A DNA stretch of 63,799 bases, counting the filler, from Pirum gemmata (lineage: Eukaryota): the NCBI GenBank assembly GCA_002812295.1. It is 24 parts of 24 records of this genome, joined end to end, with 100 filler letters (N's around TTAATTAATTAA, not from the genome) between each part and the next. Parts side by side here need not be neighbours in the genome. Positions count along the whole stretch, not along the records: positions 49,222 to 51,688 come from PDIN01006246.1; positions 51,789 to 54,258 come from PDIN01006247.1; positions 54,359 to 56,778 come from PDIN01006248.1; positions 56,879 to 59,346 come from PDIN01006249.1; positions 59,447 to 61,885 come from PDIN01006250.1; positions 61,986 to 63,799 come from PDIN01006320.1; 18 more parts are not named here. One strand, 5' to 3'. This document shows positions 49,940 to 63,497 of the stretch, in pieces. Position 1 is the stretch's first letter; the number at the start of each line of letters is the position of its first letter. A program made the translations under genes and the position numbers. Below the pieces are notes generated by a model that did no database searches, had not been told where the DNA came from, and saw only the letters and a list, made by a program, of their open reading frames with translations.

Positions 49940-50104
49940 AGCGCTTGCTGACGAATAGAGACTAGCTATAGCTCTATCATAGTTAGAAAGTGCTAGCTAG
50001 TAGCTAGCTAGCTAGCAAGCTAGAGTCTACAGAGTTTCGCTAGTAGCCAGCTAGCTAGGGCTAGCCAGACTATGATACGGTTGATATTGTCTGATAGACT
50101 ATTA

Positions 50105-50317
50105 TTGTGCTTTTCATTTATTTTGTCACTCCGAATATTTATTTGGTTGGTTATAATATTTTTTTTTTTAAAAAAAAATCGGCCATGAATAAATAGATTA
50201 TAAAATGTACCAAATGAAATTGGTTTGGTACTCTTTTTTGCCTAGTTTTTTTTACTATCATAGCTCTTTTTTGTATATTTTATGATGACAAATTGACAAT
50301 ACAACTGAAAGGCACGA
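50105..50317 (-). mobile_element. MITE family A copy with internal insertions
   Basis: Both TIRs and TA flanks are present; extra TATCATAG-containing sequence lies inside. Confidence 0.8.
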
Positions 50318-50730
50318 TACTAAATATAGATGTTGGCAATTAGTGTTCAGCTGTCATCCTATCATGTAGGTCCAGATAGGAAGGAGGAGAGTCCAGGAGA
50401 CTACTATGATACTAACTAGCTACTAGCTAGGAGTGTGGTAACTTGTAAGTTGGTACTAAGTCTAACTAGCTAGCTTGGTTTCCTAGCTAGCTCCCAATGA
50501 TACTAGCAGCTAGTTAGCTATGATAGCTATGATAGCTATGTAGTAGAGGGGATTCCCTCTCGGGCTTAATAAATTATTAATTAAGAACGAGCATTTTTTA
50601 AAATTGTAGACTAAGTCTATTTAGTGTCTATTTATTATGATATAATAGTGAGTAAAGAACTGACTTGAACCAGTAGACCTAGTAGTAGTCTAAATAGAAC
50701 GCTCGCACTCAGCGCTCACACTAAGGAAGC

Positions 50731-50862
50731 GTTCAAATACTACGTAGAGCCAACTTCCGGTCAAACACCGCTTCAAATACCCTACCTACCTACCCCTCGA
50801 CGTTAATTTCCGGTCAGATACCACCTACTTACCTACCCCTTGACGTGACGTATTATTTGAAC
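50731..50862 (-). mobile_element. MITE family E copy
   Basis: Reverse complement of 60668-60800, with GTTCAAATA/TATTTGAAC ends. Confidence 0.75.
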
Positions 50863-52109
50863 GTCGGTGCTCACAGACTCACAAATTTGACAAAAAAAAA
50901 TTAGAAATGTTCTAGCTATCATCTACCGGTATCATAGACCCATAGTACAGTACTACAAGCTATGATAGTATCGATACCTGCTAGCTACTAGTCTATAGCT
51001 AGTCTATAGCGTAGTGCTCCTATCGCTAGTAGCTACTCTAGCTAGCTAGCTAGAGCTATCATATAAAAAAAAGTCTAACTCTAGAATTCTAGATAGCTAT
51101 CATACTAGCCAGTAGCTAGAAACAGTTACTAGTAGCTAGAGCTAGGGACAGGAGCTAGGGATCAGTATATCAGCTAGCAGCTAGTAGCTAGTAGTAGTAG
51201 CTGCCCAGTAGACTATCATATGATACATAGAGCTATACATAGACTACTAAATTAAAATTTATGATGACAAAGCAACTGAAAAGCACTGTAGACCCAGGTC
51301 TAGTCTAGTAGCTAGCTAGTCTAGAAGTGTCTTGAGAAGTGTCTACTACTACTAAGATATGCATAGCTACTACTAGCTAGAGTAGCTATCATACGAGAGC
51401 TAGCTAGCTAGCTAGTCTACTAGCTAGACTACTGGCAGTAAAAAAACTCCTTGGTATCATAGTCTAGCTAGTCTACCTACTGGGCCAGGCCTCTGGGGGC
51501 TGGGGCGGCCTCAGGATTCACAGTAGTCTAGCTAGTCTACCTGGGGGCACTCTCGCTATCACATACTATAGTCTAGCAGTATCAATACTCTCTTGCTAGT
51601 TAGCTGGCTGCTGGCCACTTCAAAAAAAAAAAATGCAGGGGGTATGTTGACGAAACCACTTGAAAAAAAAAAAAAAAAAAAAAAAAAANNNNNNNNNNNN
51701 NNNNNNNNNNNNNNNNNNNNNNNNNNNNNNNNTTAATTAATTAANNNNNNNNNNNNNNNNNNNNNNNNNNNNNNNNNNNNNNNNNNNNTTTAAATGAATA
51801 AATAAATAATAAAATATACCAAATTAAATGAAATGAATTTATATTATATTAATTAGGTACTCTTTGTTATATATTTTATGATAACAAAACAAATAAAAAG
51901 CTCGATAGTAGCACTAGCAGGTGTTACAGATTCGTATCGTATGCTATCGTTTATTCCATTACAGTTCTCCTCTCAATCTTTACTTTGCCATGATAATGTT
52001 TATATTAATAAAATACAAATTTTAATTAAGCATAAAATATCAAATTTTTTAATTAAAACATGTCTGATAGTTTTGAATCATTTTGGTCCTTTTTCTTTTG
52101 CCCTCTTTG

Positions 52110-52250
52110 GAATTAATCTTACCAATGCCTCTCTCTTTGTCCAAAACACTTTTGGTCATAATTTTAAAGTTCATTTTAATAATTAATTACTGCCTAAAAC
52201 AGTTTAAGTCACACTTCCAAGCAATGACTTCTAATTCTATCAAAGAATAA
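52110..52250 (+). repeat. Dispersed repeat
   Basis: CCAAAACACTTTTGGTCAT...CCTAAAACAGTTTAAGTCACACTT also occurs at about 57425-57549. Confidence 0.8.
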
Positions 52251-52603
52251 GTGATGTCTTTATGTTAAAATAATTATGAATGTATGGGAAAGTATGCCCT
52301 TTCTCTAAAAAAAATAAGTTAGAGATGATGTTCAGGACAGTTAGTTTAGGTGCCATAAAACCGCATAGAGATAGCTCTAATCGTTTTTTGGAGGGTGTAG
52401 ATTACAGTATTGCTTTTGATAATATACATATATAGTAGTGTAGTTGTAGTCTGGAGCTTTAGCTACTCTTTTATTTATTAGACTAAAAAAATATCGTGGT
52501 TTTCTGTTTTCAATGGTGTTTGTTATCCAGTTCAAAAACTGGATTTATTAGACTAATAATGCATATTATTTTTACAAAAGTATACAAAAATTTTTATTAT
52601 TAT

Positions 52604-52687
<84 letters not shown>

Positions 52688-54385
52688 NATGCTTATCGAG
52701 CCAACCTTAGTTCCTTGTTTCTTACTAATAATAGCAGTTAAATAGCTTAAAATAGTAAATCTAATTACAATAGTTATCAATTAAAGTAATATTATTAACA
52801 TTAATAGTAATAAAACCATAAAAAGTTCCGGCAGCTGTTCGGTAACAATAAAATGACGTCATCTCACCCCTACTACAAAAACTCTACCAGAAAACTGCTA
52901 GCTAGCTAGCTAGCTAGACCGAGTCTAAAAACTTTTGAACAACTCATGCTATAAGGAACCAATCATTGCCCACTCCCCGGGACCCCTTTTTTTTTTGAAA
53001 ACTTTCTTATCTGAAAAAAAAAAATCTATTACTAGTCTAGTCAAAGAGGCTATTTATTGTCTTCTCAATCTTTAATTTGGTACTGTTTAAGTGTATAATT
53101 GAACTTGTTTATCAAATACAACATTAAGTTTAAAATACCAAAATAATTAAAACATTTCCGATAGTTTAACCATAATGATAATTTGGTATGTTTATTTCAG
53201 TTTTTGAAATGGGCAACCGGGTAGACTACTTTAAAAAAAAAAAAAGCTTCTAAAAATAATAATATTAAAAAAATTAAATAATAATAATAATGTTCTGCTA
53301 AGTTTGGCGCTAGTAGTAGAACTAGAAGTTTGGCGCAGAAGTTTGGCGGAGTGGTCACATGTACACTATGGTGTACTGCAGTGTCATACATACTGGTTTT
53401 TTTAAAAATACTAATCGTGCCTTTCATTTATTTTGCCACTCTGAATGTTTATTTGGAGAATTATAATCTTTAAATTAACATTTTTAAATCAATATATAAA
53501 TAATAAAATATATCAAATTAAATTAAAAATAAATTTATATAGTATTAATTTGGTACTATTTATTGTATTTTTTATGATGACAAAACAAATAGTCGGAAAC
53601 GGAAACTGGCTGCAGTTGCTGCTGCTGCTGCTCTTTCTCTTTTCTTTGTTGTTGTTACTAATTTATTTATAGGTATCATTTGTTGTGATTTGAGTGTCGT
53701 GTAACGATGTCATGCCTTGTTCTACTCTAGCTAGCTAGAGTAGCTACTGTTAGTTTACAGGTAGATCACTGAATAGCTGTCGATTGATTGCAATAGAGGC
53801 TATCAAGTGATTCACGTCTACTATGTTTTTGTATTATCGATAATAATAATAAACAAAATTTATTTAGGGTAGATTCGTCCTCTTGGTTGTTTAAATTTTC
53901 ACTTCAATTCAAAATGCCCATACATCGAGTAAATAGCCCTGTTTTCTGTGTTAGGGTTAGGGTCAGGGTTAGGGTTAGGGGTTAGGGTTAGGGTTAGGGG
54001 TTAGGGTTAGGGTTAGGGGTTAGGGTTAGGGTTAGGGTTATTAGGGTTAGGGTCTACCTCGGTGGTACTACGTAAGGAGTACCTAGTAAGGAGTACTAAG
54101 GTGAGGGGAGTCTGGGTGCCATTTAGGAAGTGATTATTGGTCTCTACTAGGATGATTTGTTCAACTTGTCAGAATTTAATTTTTTGTATAGGGAGCTATC
54201 GATAGTATCGGATACCTAACCCTCACCCTAACCCTAACCCACCCCCCCCCCCCCCCCCNNNNNNNNNNNNNNNNNNNNNNNNNNNNNNNNNNNNNNNNNN
54301 NNTTAATTAATTAANNNNNNNNNNNNNNNNNNNNNNNNNNNNNNNNNNNNNNNNNNNNAATAATAATAATAATAATAATAATAAT

Positions 54386-55479
54386 ATGCCTAACAGACGT
54401 AATACTTCTGCTGATAGTAGAGTCACATCTTTATACAGTGATAATGGTAGAAATAAAAAGAGAAATAGTCTTTTTAATTATGATAATATTAACTTTGGTA
54501 GTCGAAGACAAAGTAAAAATACTAGCCCTTCCGCAAAAACACTTAATAATAAAAACAAAAAGGAGTTTGAAAAACAACGGGCCATATTACTTAATAGCTC
54601 GGGTTTAAAGTTAAAAAAAGATTTAATTGAGTTAAAAAAGCCTTGGGATTACATTCAGGCTGAGTTTTGGAATTCTGTTGACGAGGAATTAAAGAGAGAT
54701 ATGATTAAAGACAAACATAAATTAGAGTATCGTAAGGCATTAGAAACTCTTGAAAAACAATATGGACAGCAAACTTCCAGACAGAGGTTTAATCGAAATG
54801 ATTTATTATATGAAAGCTCGGATAGTGTTAAGCATTCACAATCACAATCACAATCACAATCACAATCACAACGGCAGCAACCACAATCAACATTACAAAC
54901 AGAAGTCCATCTACCACCACAGCAAACACAATTGCAACCACAAGCAAAACCACCTCAACCACCTCAACCACCTCAGCCACAAACGCAACCACAACGACAG
55001 CAACCACAACCGCAGAAACAGCAACATCATGCACATTCAACAACTGTAACTAGAAAAGAAGAAATCTTAAAATTAAAACAAAAAATTAAAGAAATCGATG
55101 ACGGAAAAGAGAAATTGCATGCTTTATTACAATACGAGCAAGAACAAGAGCTTGGACGAAAAGAATCTTTAGACAAACAAACACAATTACAACCACAAAC
55201 ACAACCAAAACAACATATTGAACTACTTCAACCACACGCGCAATCACAACAACAACTTCAAGCACATTCTATAAGTTTAAATTTAACTGGGGAAGAAGAA
55301 ATTTTGAAATTAAAACAAAAACTTAAAGAAATTAAGGAGCGAAAGGAAAAATTACAGGCACATCAGACGTTATTGCAAAACGAGTACAACAAACAAAAGG
55401 GTAAACGCGTAGAATCTTTGGATATACAAGAACAATTACAACCACCACCTCAACTACAATCACAATCACAATCACAATC

Positions 55480-55531
<52 letters not shown>

Positions 55532-56713
55532 GTTCAAGCACATTCTACAACAACTTCAAGATTAACTGACCAAGAAGAAATTTTGAAATTAAAACAAAAA
55601 CTTAAAGAAATAGAGGAACGCAAAGAAAAATTACTGGCGCATCAGACATTATTACAAAATCAACATAAACAAAAGTTTGAACGCCACGAAGAACTTTTAA
55701 TTTCTTCATCTAAAACTCTATTATTAAGCGAATCAGAAGAAGATGCAATAGAAGAATATGAAGATTTGATTAGCCCATACGCTACGACTAATACGATACA
55801 AGACAATAGTCAAAAACCAAACCAATCATCGGATTGTATTCCGGAAATTAAACTTTTACATGAAACAGTTTTCGATAATGATAATAATGATGTAGCACCA
55901 CCTTACGCCCAAGTAGGGTTAGTTCTCACAGAAGTAAAAGAAATGCAAGAAAATACAAAACTTAAAGGTTTAAATGATTTAACAGAAACAAAAACTGAAC
56001 CGATCTTTGAACCTGAAATGTATTTAGGTGTAGATGGATTTATTGTACCTGATAATAATAATATTGTAAGCTCTTATAATAGTTTTAAACGATCGCGAAA
56101 ACAAGCAGGTAATGACATTGAAAAACATGTAAATTTTATGAGCGCCAGACCGCAGCCTACCCTTGACAAGGTAATAGAAGCACAAACACAAGAGCAGTTA
56201 GTCCGCGGAACATTAGAACAACAACAAAAACAACTAGAAGAGCAAAAAAAATTACTCCAGAAACAAAGTAAAATGATTAAACTATTACAAGCTAATCAAA
56301 TTCTTATGGGAAATGAGCTAACAGAATTGAAAACGAAAATGCTTTCAGATAACACTGAAGATAGTAAGTTTTTACAGAAAACACTAACAACACCAACAAC
56401 ACCACAAATTACAACAACAACAACAACAACAACAACAAGACCATCAATAACAATAGGAAATGACGATAATGAAAATACTAGTGAAAGTGACTACTATGAT
56501 GATATTAATATTGCATTAAGTACTGATGATGATGATGATTATGATTATGATTCTGACGAATTTCAAAATCAACGACTTCCAATTATAAACGTTAGCGATA
56601 CTTTTAGTATAGAAGTTTCAAATTTACGATATTCTTCACAAGAAGATATTGACTCAGATTTTTGTTTTACTTTACCTAAAGATGTCAAGCTAAATTTTAT
56701 AGAGAATTACTAG
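54386..56713 (+). CDS. Hypothetical coiled-coil, Q-rich protein with three internal repeats (may be 5' partial)
   Basis: 775-aa ORF in which AHS...EEILKLKQK(L/I)KEI...KEKL.A occurs three times, separated by Q/P linkers, with an acidic tail. The frame is open upstream through poly-AAT to the gap. Confidence 0.85.
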
Positions 56714-57189
56714 TTATATAATATTATATTATTTAATTATAATGAAAATAAATAAAATTAATAATAATAATAACAATANNNNNNNNNNNNNNNNNNNNNN
56801 NNNNNNNNNNNNNNNNNNNNNNTTAATTAATTAANNNNNNNNNNNNNNNNNNNNNNNNNNNNNNNNNNNNNNNNNNNNAATAAATAAATAAATAATAAAA
56901 TATACCAAATTAAATAAAATGGATGTATATTGTATTAATTTGGTACTCTATTGTATATTTTATGATGACAAAACAGCTGAAAAGCACGATAGTAAGAACT
57001 ACCGGGTGGGTTGTTCAATATGATGTAAAAGTTCGAAGTCATATAAATAATGCCCTTACTATTTCCTTACTCCTAAATCCTAATACTCACATACATGAAC
57101 ACATAAATACATAATATTTTTTATATATTGTGCTTTTTATTTATTTTGCCACTCTGAATATTTATTTGGAAGGTTATAATCTTTAAATA

Positions 57190-57376
57190 TCGTGCTTTTT
57201 ATTTATTTTGTCTCTCTGAATATTTATTTGGAAGGCTATAATCTTTAAATTGACATTTTTAAATCAATACATAGATAATAAAATATACCAAAATATATTA
57301 AATGGATTTCTATTGTATTTATTTGGTACTATTTATTGTATATTTTATGATGACAAAACAACTGAAAAAAGCACTA
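57190..57376 (-). mobile_element. MITE family A copy preceded by a truncated copy (57128-57187)
   Basis: TIRs as in the reference copy. Confidence 0.8.
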
Positions 57377-57939
57377 AACTAGCCTAGAGGCAGGGACAGG
57401 GAATCATCCATAAAGGACGTCACCTAATCTTACCCATACCTCTTTGCCCAAAACACTTTTGGTCATGATTTTAAAGTTCATTTTAATAATTAATTACTGC
57501 CTAAAACAGTTTAAGTCACACTTTCGAGCAATGACTTATATCAAAGAATNNNNNNNNNNNNNNNNNNNNNNNNNNNNNNAAAAAAAAAAACTTTTTTTTT
57601 TTTCTTGAACTGCTTTGTGGCTAAAATATAACATGTCACTTAGATTATTTATTTGGTACTTTTAAGTTTATAAACGTGTCTATTTTAAATTGAAATATAA
57701 ATTATTAAACACGCCAAGTTAATTAACTTGTATCAAATAAATTTGACATAGTATTAAATTGGTATTTATTACTGCCCAATTGCACTTTTAAAATTGAATT
57801 TATACAGTACTAGTTTAGGGGATTTTTTTTATAGTATTTTGTTTCAGTTACTGTGATGCTTAGAAGAAAACTGTTGAAAATTTTGCTTGAGCAGTTCCTA
57901 ACCCTAAAAAATAGTGAAGGTTATGGTTTAACATAACTT

Positions 57940-58330
57940 GGTTATGGTTATGGGTATGGTTATGATTATGATTATGATTATAGTTATGGTTATGGTTATG
58001 GTTATGGTTATGGTTATGGTTATGGTTATGGTTATGGTTATGGTTATGGTTATGGTTATGGTTATGGTTATGGTTATGGTTATGNTAACCTAACCCTAAC
58101 CCTAACCCTAACTCTAACCGGAATGGGGAGGTAGGAGGGGATGGTCAAGGCAGGTTGAACGGGGGTATGTTCAAAATTGGTTTTATCATACTTATGGCTA
58201 TGGTTATGGTTATGGTTATGGTTATGGTTATGGTTAACGTTATGGTTATGGTTATGGTTATGGTTATGGTTATGGTTATGGTTATGGTTATGGTTATGGT
58301 TATGGTTATGGTTATGGTTATGGTTATGAT
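57940..58330 (+). repeat. (TTATGG)n telomere-variant microsatellites
   Basis: Two long hexamer arrays, joined across a single N and a short (CCCTAA)n tract. Confidence 0.9.
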
Positions 58331-60580
58331 GTTTATGATCAAACAACCAAATCGAAAAGACGTAATGGACGTGTGCTTTTAATAAAAACAAAAAATCAAA
58401 ACGATTGTGGTTTTGAAGTTTGACTGTTTGAACAACAACAACAACAAAAAAGTAAACTAGGTTGAGTAAGGGAACATTGCTATTTAGGGGAACATTGTCA
58501 CTTTTTGCCATTGCTTAGGATTTTCATCAGATAGGGGGGAGGGGGTCTGCAGTGTCTATAATGACGTCACTAATAAATGTACAACTGCGATTCCGCATAA
58601 TTGTTTATTTATTTTTGTGTATTTGTTGCTGCCCAACCTCAATAATAACCCTAACCCCCTCCTCGACCCTAACCCCTCAGTAATATTAATAATTTAATTA
58701 TTAATACACATCTTTTTAATATTTAAACTGGTAGGTTTTGTAATAATTACATTCCTACATATTTATAAGTAGAGCATAAGGGTTTTGCAATTGCAAGTAT
58801 AAGGATTTTTGTAATCAAAATGATGATAATATATTATATATTATTTATAATTAATTTTAAAAGGTTTAGGGTATTGTAGGGTTAGGGTTGGGTTAAGGTT
58901 AGGGTTAGGGCTAGTTTAGAGTTAGAGATAGGGTCAGAGTTGAAAAAAAAAAAAAAAAAAGTTTGGGTTAGGGTTAGGGCTAGGGTTAACTTATAAGGTT
59001 AAGGTTGGGGTTAGGGTTAGAGATAGGGTTAGGGTTAGGGTTAGGGTTAGGGTTAGGCTTAGGCTTAGGCTTAGGGTTTTGAGGTTAGGGTTTTAAGGTT
59101 AGGGTTAAGGTTAGGGTTAGGGTTATTTATATATTATGTGGTTTAGAGGGTCAGGGTTGGAGTTGGGGTTAGGTTTGGGATCAGGATTACGGTTAATTAA
59201 AACATACTGTTTAATAACATAAAGTTAATATAATTTTATAACATTATGATATCGTGCTTTTCATTTATTTTGTCATTCTAAAATATTTATTTGGAGGGTT
59301 ATAATCTTTAAATAGACATTTTTAAATCAATATATAGATAATAAAANNNNNNNNNNNNNNNNNNNNNNNNNNNNNNNNNNNNNNNNNNNNTTAATTAATT
59401 AANNNNNNNNNNNNNNNNNNNNNNNNNNNNNNNNNNNNNNNNNNNNAAATATACCAAATTTAATAAAATGGATTTATATTGTATTAATTTGGTACTATTT
59501 ATTGTATATTTTATGACGACAAAATAACTGAAAAGCACGATAATAATAATCAAATGAATACAATATGACTTTACTATGATATTCTATGACTTTTCTTTTT
59601 GTGATTGAACTCAAAAATTCGGAAACTACAGCAGTACAGCTTGGGTGGGGGTTGGGACTGTTAGGTCTACGAAAAAAAAAGTTTTACTCATAAAATGAGT
59701 ATCAATATCTGATATTCTCGTCATTGATATAGTTTTTATTTTTATTGAATAATTATATAATTTGAAGTGATCACCCAAGTAGGCCAATTTAAAATTTAAA
59801 AATTTTCTCTGAGATCACTGTCTTCAATTGAGAACGTGCCGACAAAAATTTTAATAGACAAGTGCTAGTAGTAGGTTTTCTCATTAATTACTCACATAAT
59901 ATTATATCTATTGTTTATTTTTAAATAAATATTGTAGTTAGGGTTAGGGTTAGGAATCACCATCATCACCATCATCATCAACGTTAGAACTAATATCAAC
60001 AACAATAACAATACCATCACCAACAATAACAACAATAACAATATCATCACCAACAATAACAACTATAATAATAACAACAAAAAACAACAGCCACAGCAAT
60101 AACAACAACAGCAACAACAACAGCAACAACAACAGCAACAACTACAACAACAACATGTGTACAAACAACAACAACATATATAACAATAGTAACATAATAT
60201 AATTATAGACAGCAACAATATCGATGTTCTTTAAAATTTTGTAACTAACAATTTTCATACATATTATTTTAAAATGTTATATAATTCAAAATTAATATTC
60301 AAGGTGGTATTTTATTTTCCATGTACCACAGCCCGTATAATTTATAATGTATCATAAGTAATATATATAACTCTTGATATGATACTATGCATATATAATA
60401 ATAATAATAGTTTTTTTCTTCTCCTAAGATAATATAATAGCTACGGTAACATAAATTATTATAATGCATCAAACGACTATCAAAACGAGTTCAAGAAAAA
60501 ATGCATACATTTTATAGTAATGATCGATAGTTTTTTTTTTTCAGCTTTTTTTTTGCTTTCATTCTTTTTTTGTATTTTTC

Positions 60581-60608
60581 CAAGGACTTCAAAAATTTGA
60601 AGTCCTTG
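60581..60608. mobile_element. 28-bp TIR-only remnant with 7-bp TSD (ATTTTTC), P-element-like
   Basis: CAAGGACTTCAAAAATTTGAAGTCCTTG, flanked by ATTTTTC at 60574-60580 and 60609-60615. Confidence 0.8.
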
Positions 60609-60667
60609 ATTTTTCTCAAAGACCAGGAAAAAGGAGAGAAAAAGGAGTCTTTTGTTTTTTTCTACAG

Positions 60668-60800
60668 GTTCAAATAACACGTCACGTCAAGGGGTAGGTA
60701 GGTAGGTGGTATTTGACCAAAAATTAACGTCGAGGGGTAGGTAAGTAGGGGTATTTGAAGCTATATTTGACTGGAAATTGGCGTTACGTAGTATTTGAAC
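60668..60800 (+). mobile_element. MITE family E (about 132 bp, TIR GTTCAAATA, internal GGGGTAGGTA repeats)
   Basis: Copies at 11833-11953, 12276-12378 and 50731-50862 (minus). Confidence 0.75.
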
Positions 60801-60976
60801 TCCCCCTATGCATAGATATGTATGCACATACTACTAGCTAGTGACATAGACTTGCTCATAGACTGGTAGAGTATAGCTTAGTTAGAGTATCTATTTTGTC
60901 TATTTATCATTATTTAGTCTATAAAATATAAAAAAATTTAAAAAATAATAAAGAAAATAAATATATTGTGCTAGTA

Positions 60977-61163
60977 TTGTGCTTTTCATTTATTTTGACA
61001 TCCCAAATATTTATTTGGTTGGTTATGATATTTAAATTGACTTTTTTAAATGAATAAATAGATAATAAAATACACCAAATTAAATGAAATGGATTTATAT
61101 TGTATTAATTAAATTTTGGTACTCTTTTTTGTATATTTTATGATGACAAAACAACTGAAAAGC
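60977..61163 (-). mobile_element. MITE family A copy
   Basis: Colinear with the 47361 copy; the right TIR is slightly truncated. Confidence 0.8.
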
Positions 61164-61985
61164 TGTCTTTAAATTTTTCATCAAATTCCAAATCTCATTT
61201 TAGTGGGCACAATCAAAGACTCAAAGATGGCCCTCAAAACGGAGGCCACATGACACTGTCAGATGACAATACTGCTGCAATGCTTTTAGTCTTGTCAACG
61301 ATTTTATTTATTAGTCTATTTACATTTATTTACAATTAAAACAATACTATTATAATAATTATTATTATTTTTTTAGGGGCCAATAGTGGCCAATATTATC
61401 ATAATTAATTATGATAAGAAATTAAAGAAATCGTCACTAATAAATCTCTAACAGTGTACCAACAGAACTACCACCAGTGTGCAGGTGCACTGCTTTCGTA
61501 GGCTTTCATAGCTCTAGCTAGATCTCATTTATAAAATTTAAAATACAAATACAATACTAATACAATCCGATAATCAGTATTTATTATAAACAATACTAAT
61601 TATAATATAATTATAATATATAAATTATATATAATTATTATAAAATTGTTATATCATACTAGCTAGTAGTATTGATAATAAGAGTAGAATGTAATATTAT
61701 AATACAATAAGAGACTTATAATAAAGAGAGAAGTTTATATTATAAGAGTATAATATTATAAATAGGATTTTGAAAATAGGCAGGGTATATTAGTCCAACA
61801 TACTTCTAACATGCTTTTCAATTGTTTTGTCATCATGAAATATACAAAAAAGAGTGCCAAATTAATACAATATAAATCCATTTCANNNNNNNNNNNNNNN
61901 NNNNNNNNNNNNNNNNNNNNNNNNNNNNNTTAATTAATTAANNNNNNNNNNNNNNNNNNNNNNNNNNNNNNNNNNNNNNNNNNNN

Positions 61986-63060
61986 AAATTTGTTATTTGT
62001 TATTTGTTTTTGTTTTTGTTATTTGTTATAATATAATTATTTGTTATTTGTTATTTGTTATTCTGTTATTTTGTTATTTGTTATTTGTTATTCGTTATTT
62101 AAATTTGTTATTTGTTATTTAAACAAATTTGTTATTTGTTATTTGTTATTGGTTATTTGTTATTTGTTATTGTTATTTATTGTCTGTTATTTGTTATTTG
62201 TTATTTGTTATTTGTTATTTGTTATTAAAAATTTTGTTATTAATATTAATTTTGTTATTTGTTATTAAAAATTTTGTTATTAATATTAATTTTGTTATTT
62301 GTTATTTGTTATTTGTTATTTGTTATTTGTTATTTGTTATTTGTTATTTGTCCACATAAGTTCTTCGGACTGAATATCTCGACAACCAAAAGTGTTATGA
62401 CAACAAAAGTGGGTTGTATGGATAGCTCTTGATCTCTACTTTCCCATACGTGAGTTTAAAAAAAAATCGAAAAAAGCGAAAGTAGACAATACAGTTAATT
62501 GAAGTCATGGATATCGACTTTTTTTTTGACTCGAAAATTTATATTTACATATGTTCGAAACAAGTATTTGATGTTCGAACACAAAAAACTCGAAAAACTC
62601 GAATTTCTTAAATTTACATATGTTCAAAATAAGTATTTGATGTTCGAACACTTCAAAAATAATTAAATAATCAGAAAATTTTTATGTTCGCCCTAGAGCG
62701 CCGCCCACTCCTTCATTTGTTATTTCTCAACGTTATTTTGTTAATTTGTTATTTGTTATTCAAATTGTTATTAAATTTAGCTATTAAATTTTGTTATTTG
62801 TTATTTGTTATTTGTTATTTGTTATTTGTTATTTGTTATTTGTTATTTGTTATTTGTTATTTGTTATTTGTACAAACATATTATTTGTTATTTGTTATTT
62901 GTTATTTGTTATTTGTTATTTGTTATTTGTTATTTGTTATTTGTTANTTATTTGCTATTTGTTATTTGTTATTTGTTATTTGTTATTTGTTATTTGTTAT
63001 TTGTTATTTGTTATTTGTTATTTGTTATTTGTTATCTGTTATTTATTATCTATTATTTGT
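61986..63060 (+). repeat. (TTGTTAT)n heptamer microsatellites (61986-62350 and about 62716-63060)
   Basis: Directly visible; these are the source of the LFVICY ORFs. Confidence 0.95.
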
Positions 63061-63203
63061 ACTTGACTGATCCTGCTCAAGATAACGTTAATACTCCTTC
63101 TAAATGGTATAAGGTTTTTGAGTACCCGTGTGGAGCGCAAGGAAGTGGAGTGGATGCTGGGTATCATGCCTTTTCACATTTTAAATAATTTTGAGCATAG
63201 GAC

Positions 63204-63497
63204 TTATATAAAAAAATAAAGAGTTGCTAAACCCATCATACTTCCACATAAATGACAACATATGTGGGGCCAATTCTTTTTGACTAATTTTGCCTGAACA
63301 TAGAAAAAGATTACTCCAACACCACAGAAAGAAGGAAAAAGATGTTCGTGATAAACGTTAAAAGATAAAAATCCTACTAATAGCGATATAGCAACAAAGC
63401 GGTCAACGTACTTTAAGAAATCATTCGTATAACTATTTTCGTAAGCATAACAACAACAATACCAACAATAGACAAGGCAATCAATAAACAAGAACAA
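63204..63497 (-). CDS. Small multi-TM protein fragment, possibly CREST-superfamily-like (5' partial or decayed)
   Basis: Three hydrophobic segments, YVDR before a TM helix, and a terminal HxxxH (PHICCH) helix. Confidence 0.4.
   Translation of the reverse strand: MFLFIDCLVYCWYCCCYAYENSYTNDFLKYVDRFVAISLLVGFLSFNVYHEHLFPSFCGVGVIFFYVQAKLVKKNWPHICCHLCGSMMGLATLYFFI

Noticed and set aside
59251..59542. A family A MITE seemingly continuous across the linker
   Set aside because: Scaffolds often end inside this high-copy repeat, so the match is expected by chance.
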